DNA from: Chthoniobacterales bacterium | GTDB lineage: Bacteria > Verrucomicrobiota > Verrucomicrobiia > Chthoniobacterales > UBA10450 | Assembly (NCBI GenBank): GCA_038226905.1 | Contig: JBBRQE010000001.1 | Span: forward strand, 1,392 to 65,391 | DNA length: 64,000 nt | Reading direction: 5' to 3' | In this document: in pieces, positions 54,503 through 62,775 of the stretch | Layout: every line of letters begins with the position of its first letter | Numbering within the stretch: the stretch's first letter is position 1 | Position numbers and translations under genes: made by a program | The notes under the pieces: model-generated | Told to the model about the DNA's origin: nothing | Databases searched by the model: none | The model's input: the letters and a program-made list of their open reading frames with translations, nothing else

Positions 54503-54728
54503 AGAATTCCAAAATCGCTCGCGCCTTTACGTCATTGGCGCGTTGGAAGGCGATGAACTCGAGGCATTTGAGGAGGCCCGGAAAGAATTCGGCCAGAAGG
54601 CTGAGGACTTTATCGGCGAGTGCTACGCCTTGCATGAAGCGTTCGCTCTGAGTCTGAAGCCAGCCAAGTCGTCCAGTGCACTGAAAGAGCGTTTAATGGC
54701 CATGGTCCGCGAAAAAGAAAAGCGCTAG
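54492..54728 (+). CDS. Short RskA-N-terminal-like putative anti-sigma protein without a transmembrane segment
   Basis: 78 aa. Overlaps the sigma gene by 11 nt. RLYVIGALEGDELEAFEEA resembles the anti-sigma-K N-terminal pattern. No hydrophobic helix. Confidence 0.4.
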   Translation: MSFEEFQNRSRLYVIGALEGDELEAFEEARKEFGQKAEDFIGECYALHEAFALSLKPAKSSSALKERLMAMVREKEKR

Positions 54729-55237
54729 CTCGTGGAACCCTCCGGGCAACCGTTCAATTCGCGCAGGATAAACTCCTGCAGGAACCCGTAAAAATTCACC
54801 TGAAACAGGCTTAGGTCGCGACGCGATCCGATGGGCGAGCGGTAGTGATCGGAGAGTTCCTCCTCGGAAAAGTCATTCTTCGCCGCGATGACGAGGCGGG
54901 CTTGGTTCAATGCATTCAACCAGGCGTCGGCATGGCAAATGGGAATGCGCAAAGTTCGATTGGCGAAGGGCTTCTCGTTTCCGTCGAGTTGATTCAGGTC
55001 GGATTCGACTGTGCCGGTGGCCGTTTGAAAAAGCCGGCGCAACTCGGGCTCGACATAAATCTTCCACTCCGCACAGGATTCTGTTTCCGCCGGGGCGGCT
55101 GGCCGGCTGAACAGACGCTCCTCCGCGGCGACCGCTCCTTCCGGGTTGGCGCTCCCGGGAATCTGACGAAGTAGCTCGGCCAGAAAAGGGTCGAGCTCCG
55201 TTACTTCGAGATCGTCCTCTCTCCGGCAAATCTCCAT
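54725..55237 (-). CDS. DUF2017-like protein (ClpS-associated)
   Basis: 170 aa, starting 1 nt after the clpS stop. HADAWLNALNQARLVI and FQVNFYGFLQEFILREL resemble the blocks I recall in the actinobacterial ClpS-neighbour family DUF2017. Confidence 0.5.
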   Translation of the reverse strand: MEICRREDDLEVTELDPFLAELLRQIPGSANPEGAVAAEERLFSRPAAPAETESCAEWKIYVEPELRRLFQTATGTVESDLNQLDGNEKPFANRTLRIPICHADAWLNALNQARLVIAAKNDFSEEELSDHYRSPIGSRRDLSLFQVNFYGFLQEFILRELNGCPEGSTS

Positions 55238-55238
55238 G

Positions 55239-55613
55239 TCAGCTCACTTTCTCCAACGTGGCCAGGAGGAGATGTCCGTGCAGCTGCTGCACGTGCAATT
55301 CCGCTCGTTCGCGCACGCCGCTCCACAGGATGGACCGGCCTTTCTGATGCACCTCCAGCATGTGTTCCTCGGCTTTCTCCCGTGGATAACCAAAAACGCG
55401 TTGAAAGACCATGGTCACATACGTCATCAGATTAACCGGGTCGTTATGCACGACCACTTGCCAGGGGCGATCGAAATCTTCTTTCGCTCGTACATCCTGC
55501 TCGATCGTGGGCTCCTGCACAGCGCCCTCAGACAGGACCAACGGGAGGGTGCCTGTTCCCGCCCCTTTACATGGCGCCGCCCCTGCCCCGTCCCGCTCTG
55601 GCCGCCCGCTCAT
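55239..55613 (-). CDS. clpS: ATP-dependent Clp protease adaptor ClpS
   Basis: 124 aa. WQVVVHNDPVNLMTYVTMVFQRVFGYPREKAEEHMLEVHQKGRS. Confidence 0.85.
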   Translation of the reverse strand: MSGRPERDGAGAAPCKGAGTGTLPLVLSEGAVQEPTIEQDVRAKEDFDRPWQVVVHNDPVNLMTYVTMVFQRVFGYPREKAEEHMLEVHQKGRSILWSGVRERAELHVQQLHGHLLLATLEKVS

Positions 55614-55657
55614 GACATCACGCTAACATACGCTCCTCTCAGTTCAAACGCTTGCCG

Positions 55658-56095
55658 TCAGCGCGCAGTACCGGCGATTTTTCGCAGGATCTTTTCCTGC
55701 AGACTCGACATTCGCCGTGCGTCGGCCCGTTCCGCATCATCGAACCCTCGGAGATGGAGAAGCCCGTGCACGATGTATAATTGCAACTCCCGCATCAGGG
55801 AATTCTGGTAGAGGCGCGCGTTCCGCTGCGCCATTTGAACGCTGATGAATATCTCGCCGTGTTCGAAGGTAAGGACGTCGGTCGGACCAGACACGTTCAT
55901 GAACTTCCGATGTAACTGGGCGATGCGCCGGTCGGACACAAGCAGCACGGCCAATTCGCTGGACGGGAACTTTTGCTGACCCGGAATGGCCGCGCACGCG
56001 TTCACGGCACGTCCTCCAAATTTCCCTAGCGCCGCGACGTTCAAGCGAACCGTGCGTTGAAGATTGCGCACGCTGATATTGGGCGGAGTTGTCAC
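55658..56095 (-). CDS. ybeY: rRNA maturation RNase YbeY
   Basis: 145 aa. GPTDVLTFEH and the zinc motif HGLLHLRGFDD. The start overlaps the panE stop by 4 nt. Confidence 0.9.
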   Translation of the reverse strand: MTTPPNISVRNLQRTVRLNVAALGKFGGRAVNACAAIPGQQKFPSSELAVLLVSDRRIAQLHRKFMNVSGPTDVLTFEHGEIFISVQMAQRNARLYQNSLMRELQLYIVHGLLHLRGFDDAERADARRMSSLQEKILRKIAGTAR

Positions 56096-57045
56096 AGAGC
56101 TGCCCCTTTACGCGCGGCCCTCGCCGTTTTGTCGGCTCCATCCAGAGATATCAGAAGCGAATACAACATCTGGAGACGAGGGGTGGGCGCGCCGGCCGCA
56201 TGCGCTCGGCGCAACGGTTCGCCCCAGATCGCTTCGATTTCCAGAGGACGTCCCGCTTCGAAGTCGAGCAGAGTGGACGGTTTGTAAGCACCCAGGCCCG
56301 CGGTTCGCGTCATTTGTTCGCCGGCGGCCGACATCTCCAACGGGTAACCACAAGTTCGCGCCGCCTGGATGACTTCTTGCATCACCGCCAGGGCGGTCGC
56401 AGACAACTCTTTGTCCCGCAGAATCGCGGCCGTGTCGATTTGGCCGCCGAGAATAGAAAGGCCGTTGAACGGAATGTTCCAGACCAGCTTGCGCCACCGC
56501 TCCAGGGCAAGGCTTTCAACTACCCCGCAGTGGATCCCGGCCGCCTGGAATAGACCAGCGATGTCCCGCGTGCGGGGTAGCGGCGCCCGATCGAACTCGC
56601 CGAGGGAAAGATGGCCGCGATCCGAGCACACGACGGTAGTCCGCGAAGTTCGAGCCACGCAAATGAAACAAAGGCCGCCCAGCACACGGCCCGGACCGAA
56701 TTGATCGGCCAGGAGTTCTTCGTTTCCCAGTCCGTTCTGCAAGGTCAAAAGCAGGGTGCGCTCATGCACGAGTGGCGGCAGGAGTTTAGCCAAAGCTGCG
56801 TTCGAAACGGTCTTAAGAGCAATCAACACCAGATCGCACGGGCCGATTTCCTCGGTCGAATTCCAGCAGCTGACCGGCGCGACGCGAAGGTCTTTCTCGG
56901 GCTCGATGAGGTGCAACCCAATTTGACGGAGTTCACTGAGATCGCCTCGAACCAGAAAATGAACGTCGTGCCCCGCCGCCGCCAGTTTTCCACCGTAGTA
57001 CGATCCGATGGCGCCAGTGCCAACAACTGCGATCCGGTAATCCAT
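56092..57045 (-). CDS. panE: 2-dehydropantoate 2-reductase
   Basis: 317 aa. IAVVGTGAIGSYYGGKLA, LQNGLGNEE, KPSTLLDFEAGRPLEIE. Confidence 0.8.
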   Translation of the reverse strand: MDYRIAVVGTGAIGSYYGGKLAAAGHDVHFLVRGDLSELRQIGLHLIEPEKDLRVAPVSCWNSTEEIGPCDLVLIALKTVSNAALAKLLPPLVHERTLLLTLQNGLGNEELLADQFGPGRVLGGLCFICVARTSRTTVVCSDRGHLSLGEFDRAPLPRTRDIAGLFQAAGIHCGVVESLALERWRKLVWNIPFNGLSILGGQIDTAAILRDKELSATALAVMQEVIQAARTCGYPLEMSAAGEQMTRTAGLGAYKPSTLLDFEAGRPLEIEAIWGEPLRRAHAAGAPTPRLQMLYSLLISLDGADKTARAARKGAAL

Positions 57046-57087
57046 GAATAATCGGAGACCAGCCGGTTAACCTTCGAGCAAGGCTTC

Positions 57088-58368
57088 TCAAGCCGGCGGG
57101 CGGGTTTCCGACTGAAAGTTTCGCGTGATCAGTCGCGCGCCTTTGTTGAAGGAAAAATAGGCCCAGGCCCACTGCAATAATACGATCGCCCGATTGCGAA
57201 ACCCGACCAGAAACAGCACATGGATAAACAGCCAGACAATCCAGGCTGGCAGACCGCTAAAGTGCACAATGTTGAGATCCGCCACTGCCTTGTTCCGGCC
57301 GATGGTGGCCATGTTCCCCTTATCCCAATACCAGAATTTCTGCGGCTTCCGACCGTCGATCACGCCCAGAATATTCTGCGCCGCGTGACGGCCTTGCTGC
57401 ATGGCGACAGGTGAAACGCCCGGCAACGGTTTTCCGGTTTGGGAGGCGAGGTTTGCCAGATCGCCGATGACCTGAATCTCGGGGTGCCCCGGAATGCTCA
57501 GATCGTCATTGATGATGACACGCCCCGCGCGATCCACTGGGACTCCAAGCATCTTGCCCACGAAGGAAGCCGTATTCCCCGCCGCCCAAATTTTGACGCG
57601 ACACGGAATAAACTCTTCCCCTATCTGCAGCCCGGCCTCGGAAAGATTGGAGGCGTGCACGCCGGTGCGGACCTCCACTCCCAGTTCGGCCAACTGTTTG
57701 GTGGCGCTGATCCGGAGATCATCCGGAAAAGAAGCGAGCACGCGGGACTCGCCTTCTATCAGGATGATGCGCGCGAGCGACGGGTCGATGTGCCGAAAAT
57801 CCCTGGCCAGAGTAAAGCGCGCGATCTCCGCGATCGCCCCGGCCATTTCCACTCCGGTAGGACCGCCGCCGATGATCGCGAAAGTCATCGCGGCGTTACG
57901 GGCCGCCTCATCATGGGTCCTCTCGGCAAATTCGAAGGCCATGAAAATGCGCCGGCGAATTTCGACCGCGTCTTCCAGGCTTTTCAAGCCAGGCGCGAAT
58001 TTTTCCCATTCGGGGTGGCCAAAATAAGAATGCCGCGCGCCCGTCGCGAGAATCAGAAAGTCATAGCTGATTTCTCCATCCTGCGTCCGAACTTTCTTCC
58101 TTTCGAGATCGACCCCCTGCACCTCCCCCAGGAGCACTTCCACGTTTTTACACCTGCTCAGGATGGAGCGGATGGGCGCGGCGATATCGGCGGGAGAAAG
58201 AGAAGCGGTCGCCACCTGATAAAGCAGGGGCTGAAACAAATGGTAGTTAGTCCGGTCGATTACGGTGACGCTCACATCTCGACAGGCGAGCTTTTTAGCT
58301 GCCTGCAATCCACCGAATCCGGCGCCCACAATCACCACATTCGGCCTCTGTCTCGTTGTCTCCGCCAT
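57088..58368 (-). CDS. ndh: Type II NADH:quinone oxidoreductase (NDH-2)
   Basis: 426 aa. Two dinucleotide folds, VVIVGAGFGGL and AIIGGGPTGVE. Also IWAAGN and a C-terminal membrane-association helix. Confidence 0.8.
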   Translation of the reverse strand: MAETTRQRPNVVIVGAGFGGLQAAKKLACRDVSVTVIDRTNYHLFQPLLYQVATASLSPADIAAPIRSILSRCKNVEVLLGEVQGVDLERKKVRTQDGEISYDFLILATGARHSYFGHPEWEKFAPGLKSLEDAVEIRRRIFMAFEFAERTHDEAARNAAMTFAIIGGGPTGVEMAGAIAEIARFTLARDFRHIDPSLARIILIEGESRVLASFPDDLRISATKQLAELGVEVRTGVHASNLSEAGLQIGEEFIPCRVKIWAAGNTASFVGKMLGVPVDRAGRVIINDDLSIPGHPEIQVIGDLANLASQTGKPLPGVSPVAMQQGRHAAQNILGVIDGRKPQKFWYWDKGNMATIGRNKAVADLNIVHFSGLPAWIVWLFIHVLFLVGFRNRAIVLLQWAWAYFSFNKGARLITRNFQSETRPPA

Positions 58369-58470
58369 CTCTCACAATGTTATGCGAACAAAAAAGGACG
58401 CGAGGCTTTTCTCCGCGCCGCCGGGCAAAGGAGTTGTCATCCGGGCGATCCCGCGTATCTTCCGCGCCTT

Positions 58471-58680
58471 ATGCCGAAGTCCATCGCCCGCAGTAAAACG
58501 CGGAAAGCTGTAGCTAAACGATTCAAAATCACGGGAACCGGCAAGGTCCTGCGCTCGCAGGCGGGCAAGCGTCACCTCCTTTCGTCGAAGAGCGCCAAGC
58601 GCAAACGGCAGGCCAGCAAGACGCTCAACGTCGACAAGACGGACATCGCGCGGATCAAGGCGAACCTGCCCTTCGGTTAG
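58471..58680 (+). CDS. rpmI: 50S ribosomal protein L35
   Basis: 69 aa. MPKSIARSKTRKAVAKRFKITGTGKVLRSQAGKRHLLSSKSAKRKRQ. It is the 3' tail of an otherwise spurious 413-aa track ORF. Confidence 0.9.
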   Translation: MPKSIARSKTRKAVAKRFKITGTGKVLRSQAGKRHLLSSKSAKRKRQASKTLNVDKTDIARIKANLPFG

Positions 58681-58722
58681 GTTCTTGGGCTGCCAGACCG
58701 GCACCGCCCGGAACTGGAGCGG

Positions 58723-58899
58723 TTAGCGGAAGTTGGGCGATGGCAAGCCCGGCTCTACCTGCGTGGTAGTGGCCGTCGTGGTCGTCGACGTCCGGGTTGG
58801 CAGAGGCTCCTGGTGCGGGCTATAAAGGTCCCGCCGGTTGACTAAAGTTGTGCAGGAACACTGCAGGACGACGATTGCGCTTAAAACCAGCCATTTCAC
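58723..58899 (-). CDS. Possible small Thr-rich lipoprotein (58 aa, GTG start)
   Basis: V/MKWLVLSAIVVLQCSC-TTLVNRRDLYSPHQEPLPTRTSTTTTATTTQVEPGLPSPNFR. Below the track cut-off. Confidence 0.3.
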   Translation of the reverse strand: MKWLVLSAIVVLQCSCTTLVNRRDLYSPHQEPLPTRTSTTTTATTTQVEPGLPSPNFR

Positions 58900-59110
58900 G
58901 TGCCGATGGAATCAGAACTCGTTCGCCCTGTCAATGGTCGGAAATCGTCCCCTCAAAATGCCATTGCGCGATCTGAAACTTGCGCGACTTTTGGAGTCCG
59001 TCAGGGGCTATGGACTGCGGACTTACGAAACCCGCCAGGGCAGGAATGCAGCAACGGTAGTTTGATCCTCTTTGCCGTAGTTCTCTGGCGGACTTTTTTT
59101 CGCCGGAATC

Positions 59111-59398
59111 GTGAAACTGTTAAAGGCCAGGACAACGCGCCTGACGGCGGTCATCGAGCAGGCTGGCCCCCCTGAGGTCTACACACTTTGGCAAAAACCG
59201 GCGGGTGATCGCATTTTGCAACGCCTGATCAAAAATCGGCGTATCATGACGATCTTGAAGAGTGAAACGGGAACTGAGTTCGGGCAGGCGGAATTTGTGG
59301 AGCGTAAAGGCGCCGTGTATCTCTCGTTCCCCAAGTCTTTGAAACGCTTCGCCGATCATCGAATCGTGGGCATCAAATGGGACGCGGTCGGACGTTAG
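59111..59398 (+). CDS. Hypothetical protein
   Basis: 95 aa, GTG start, ends 7 nt before moeZ. No recognisable motif. Confidence 0.35.
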   Translation: MKLLKARTTRLTAVIEQAGPPEVYTLWQKPAGDRILQRLIKNRRIMTILKSETGTEFGQAEFVERKGAVYLSFPKSLKRFADHRIVGIKWDAVGR

Positions 59399-59405
59399 GC
59401 GGAGA

Positions 59406-60566
59406 ATGAACGAGTCGTACGAGGAAGTGGACTTGAGCGCGGACGAGCGACAGCGCTATTCGCGTCACTTGCTCATGCCAGAGGTGACGTTGGTGGGACA
59501 GCAGCGCCTGAAGGCAGCGCGGGTCCTTTGCATTGGAGCGGGCGGTCTCGGATCTCCTGCCCTGCTCTACCTGGCGGCGGCCGGGGTTGGCACGCTGGGC
59601 CTGGTTGACTTCGATACGGTTGATATCTCGAATCTCCAACGCCAAATCGTGCACGGCACGAGCGATGTCGGCCGGAAAAAAACCGAATCGGCCCGCGCCC
59701 GTTTGCAGGAGATAAACCCCCACGTGGCGCTGGAGGTGCATGATTGCCGCCTTTCCAGTGCGAACGCGGAGGCGCTGGTGGCGGGCTACGACATCGTGGT
59801 TGACGGCTCGGACAATTTTGCGACCCGCTATTTATCCAATGACGTCTGCGTCTGGGCGCGCAAACCAAATGTCTACGGCTCGGTTTTTCGTTTCGACGGA
59901 CATTCCAGCGTCTTCGCGCCGCACCTGGGAGGACCGTGCTACCGCTGTCTCTTCCCTGAACCGCCCGAGCCAGGCAGCGTGCCAAATTGCGCCGAAGCCG
60001 GCGTGCTCGGAGTGGTGCCCGGGATCATCGGAATGATTCAAGCCATCGAGACGATCAAATTGATCATCCAAATGGGGGAATCCCTGGTGGGGCGACTGCT
60101 CAGTTTCGACGCGCTAAAAATGAAGTTCCGCGATTTTAATTTGCGGCGCGACCCGAAGTGTCCGGTCTGTGGTGACGATCCGACCATTCTGAAGCCGATT
60201 GATTACGAAGAGTTTTGTAGTCCGGCGGCGGCCCCGGGCGCAACCTCCATCCCGACGATTTCGGTGTCCGAACTAAAACAGAAGATGACGAATCAAAGCG
60301 CCGTGCTGATTCTCGACGTGCGCGAGCCTTTTGAATTCGAGATCGCCAGGATCGACGGGGCCCGATTGATTCCTCTCGATCAACTGGCCGATCGCCTGGG
60401 AGAGCTGGGGCCGGAGCAGGAAATTATTGCCGTGTGCAAGAGCGGCGTGCGCAGTGCCTACGCGGTGCAGGTGCTGCAACGGAGCGGCTTCACCAACGCT
60501 TTCAATCTGGAGGGCGGCGTCGATGCCTGGGCCGATCAGATTGATCCGACCATGCAGAAGTACTGA
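59406..60566 (+). CDS. moeZ: ThiF/MoeB-family adenylyltransferase fused to a rhodanese domain (MoeZ type)
   Basis: 386 aa. RYSRHLLMPEV, CIGAGGLGSP, DFDTVDISNLQRQ, CYRC...CPVC zinc site. Rhodanese tail with active-site Cys in AVCKSGVRS. Confidence 0.85.
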   Translation: MNESYEEVDLSADERQRYSRHLLMPEVTLVGQQRLKAARVLCIGAGGLGSPALLYLAAAGVGTLGLVDFDTVDISNLQRQIVHGTSDVGRKKTESARARLQEINPHVALEVHDCRLSSANAEALVAGYDIVVDGSDNFATRYLSNDVCVWARKPNVYGSVFRFDGHSSVFAPHLGGPCYRCLFPEPPEPGSVPNCAEAGVLGVVPGIIGMIQAIETIKLIIQMGESLVGRLLSFDALKMKFRDFNLRRDPKCPVCGDDPTILKPIDYEEFCSPAAAPGATSIPTISVSELKQKMTNQSAVLILDVREPFEFEIARIDGARLIPLDQLADRLGELGPEQEIIAVCKSGVRSAYAVQVLQRSGFTNAFNLEGGVDAWADQIDPTMQKY

Positions 60567-60574
60567 TTCGCCGT

Positions 60575-61120
60575 CTACTCAAGAAACGCAGCCAGTTCTG
60601 GGGCGGAGGGAACGTCGTTCCAACGCGCCAGCAACTCGCCCGAGTGTCCAAAGACGAGCACTTGGAAGCCGAGGGATGGTGCGACGTCCATCCGGGCTGA
60701 AATCGATCTGTCAAAGTCGAGCACGGCAAACACATCCTTGCGCGGATCGCGGCTCAATTTTCTGGCATTGTAGCGCAGCTGCAGCCGTTTCGCTTCGCCA
60801 TCCAGACGATGGCGGGCCATTGCTTTGACGACCATCCGGGCGGGTGCGGCATGCTGAGTCTCGAACGTAAGCAAAGTGATAAAGCGCTTGGACGGGTCCC
60901 CCAGGCAGGAGTCGGGAATGCGATCTCCCACCAGGCGCACTTTATCCAGGGCGCTCGACCGGCTTAGCACAACAACTGTGATATGTCCGTCGGCGGTCGA
61001 CAGCGTCTGCCCATCCACATCGGTCATTTCCACACGGAAAATGGCGGCGGCCGGGAGCGAGCCGGGCCAGACCAGGAGAGAGATGACCAAGAAAACAATT
61101 TGAAGTTGTCTCAACCTCAT
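60575..61120 (-). CDS. Secreted hypothetical protein
   Basis: Start set at MRLRQLQIVFLVISLLVWPGSLPAAA (61120), 181 aa. No catalytic motif recognised. Confidence 0.45.
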   Translation of the reverse strand: MRLRQLQIVFLVISLLVWPGSLPAAAIFRVEMTDVDGQTLSTADGHITVVVLSRSSALDKVRLVGDRIPDSCLGDPSKRFITLLTFETQHAAPARMVVKAMARHRLDGEAKRLQLRYNARKLSRDPRKDVFAVLDFDRSISARMDVAPSLGFQVLVFGHSGELLARWNDVPSAPELAAFLE

Positions 61121-61847
61121 GAGTAAGGAGCTTGCAATGCTGCACGCCGCTGACAAGCTTCGCCTGAAAAAGTTTCCATCATGGTCGGGCGCCTCTGCCG
61201 CCGTTTGCCTCTTCTTTTGCACGGCCGCCGGATGCGACCGGATGATCACTCCACGCACTGCGCAAATGGTCAAGGATGCAGACGCCAAATCCACCCAGGG
61301 CGAATATCTGGAAGCCATCGGCCTCTACGAAAGCGCTCTCGACGGTTCGCCCCAATCGGCCGACATCCACTTCAAGCTGGCTCTGCTTTACGACGACAAG
61401 ATGAATGATGCGGTCAACGCCTTGCATCATTTTAAACGTTACCTGGTGCTCAATCCCTCGGGCGGCCACGCCACCGAGGTAAAGGAATTCATCAAGCGCG
61501 ACGAGACCGCCTTCCTCATCAGCCTGTCCGGTGATTCGCTGGTGACACGAGGGGAAGCGGCTCGTCTGAGAAATGAAAACCTCAATCTGCGCAAGCAAAT
61601 CGAGGAACGGGTGCTGAAGAACCGCCTAACGGATGAGAAACCGACCGCGCGAAAAGCTGCGCCGGAGAAAGCAGCAGGCAAGGCGGGCGGGCGAAGCTAT
61701 GTCGTGGAAAGCGGAGATACCCTGTTTTCCATATCGCGGAAGTTTTACAAATCACCTTCCCATTGGAAAGAAATCCGGGACGCCAACAAGAACAGGGTTG
61801 AAAGCCCGTCCAAGCTAAAGCCCGGAACAACCCTTACCATCCCTTAA
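61119..61847 (+). CDS. TPR + LysM domain lipoprotein
   Basis: 242 aa. Lipobox TAAGC, TPR-like GEYLEAIGLYESALDGSPQSADIHFKLALLY, C-terminal LysM YVVESGDTLFSISRKFY...LKPGTTLTIP. Confidence 0.75.
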   Translation: MSKELAMLHAADKLRLKKFPSWSGASAAVCLFFCTAAGCDRMITPRTAQMVKDADAKSTQGEYLEAIGLYESALDGSPQSADIHFKLALLYDDKMNDAVNALHHFKRYLVLNPSGGHATEVKEFIKRDETAFLISLSGDSLVTRGEAARLRNENLNLRKQIEERVLKNRLTDEKPTARKAAPEKAAGKAGGRSYVVESGDTLFSISRKFYKSPSHWKEIRDANKNRVESPSKLKPGTTLTIP

Positions 61848-61895
61848 CGGAAGGTTGGAGCGGCGCGGCCGAGCGAACTTCTGTCAACCGCTCTA

Positions 61896-62699
61896 CTAAC
61901 CTGGAGGCCGATGGCCCGGAGGGGGCGGAATCTTTGTAGGGGGTTGGGTGGAAGCCGCTTCCTTCTGGTCAATGTCTCCCAAGCCTGTTGGATCTTTTCC
62001 ACCCCCGCCGCCCGGTCCCTTCCCGCCGCTCTGCCCGTCGATCGCGGTTTGGATATCATCCAAGGCCCACTTTGGTAGTTTGCCAAAATCTGTCACTAAA
62101 AGAGCGCTCTCCAACGTCTTCTTAATATCAAAGGTTTCGACCACGCCGCGCATGCCTGGCTGAATGATGAGCATGTCCCCTGCGTGCAAGTTCACACACG
62201 GGTCAATCGGCACTCCTTTGACCAATCTCTTTACGCAGGCGTCTCCCTCCAGGATCATGAATTTACTGGTCGACTTGGCGTGCGATTCGACCAGGGCGGT
62301 GAAGCCCGTGACGGCAGCCGTGGCTGCCGCGGTATTGATCTTCACCCGGCCGACTTCTTTCGGGACAACAATCAAGGCCGCACCGCTGGAGAGATCGAAT
62401 TCCTTGGCGCCTTGTCCGTAGGCAAAAACGGTATTAGCCCCGAGACGAGTGATCGTTTGATCGGTAAAAGTCAGCTCGGCGCGTGAATCGCCACCCGTCC
62501 TGACCGCCTGACCCTCCCGGACGGCATCGTTAACAGCCGCCGGCCGGGCCGCGGACTTCGCCAGGAGACGAACGTCATGAATGACTTGGGTGACGTGAGC
62601 GTCTTTTTTATCGACCGCCACCGCGAGTCTGACCGCGCTTAGCGTTATTAAGACCACCGCAAAACGTTTCACCAACGCTGATCCAGGTAATTTCTTCAT
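61896..62699 (-). CDS. FecR-domain protein with a Pro-rich tail
   Basis: 267 aa. Signal/anchor MKKLPGSALVKRFAVVLITLSAV. FecR-like VREGQAVRTGGDSRAELTFTDQTITRLGANTVF. Confidence 0.7.
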   Translation of the reverse strand: MKKLPGSALVKRFAVVLITLSAVRLAVAVDKKDAHVTQVIHDVRLLAKSAARPAAVNDAVREGQAVRTGGDSRAELTFTDQTITRLGANTVFAYGQGAKEFDLSSGAALIVVPKEVGRVKINTAAATAAVTGFTALVESHAKSTSKFMILEGDACVKRLVKGVPIDPCVNLHAGDMLIIQPGMRGVVETFDIKKTLESALLVTDFGKLPKWALDDIQTAIDGQSGGKGPGGGGGKDPTGLGDIDQKEAASTQPPTKIPPPPGHRPPG

Positions 62700-62775
62700 A
62701 TGTTAAGGGGAGTTAGGCCAACAGAAACTATCACTTGTTTGGCCGATATGAAGCGGAAATCTCCACCTCATCCGG

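Noticed and set aside
57439-58470. First 344 codons of a 413-aa plus-strand ORF antisense to ndh.
   Set aside because: Only the last 69 codons (58471-58680) are real; they encode ribosomal protein L35. The rest is an antisense shadow of NDH-2.
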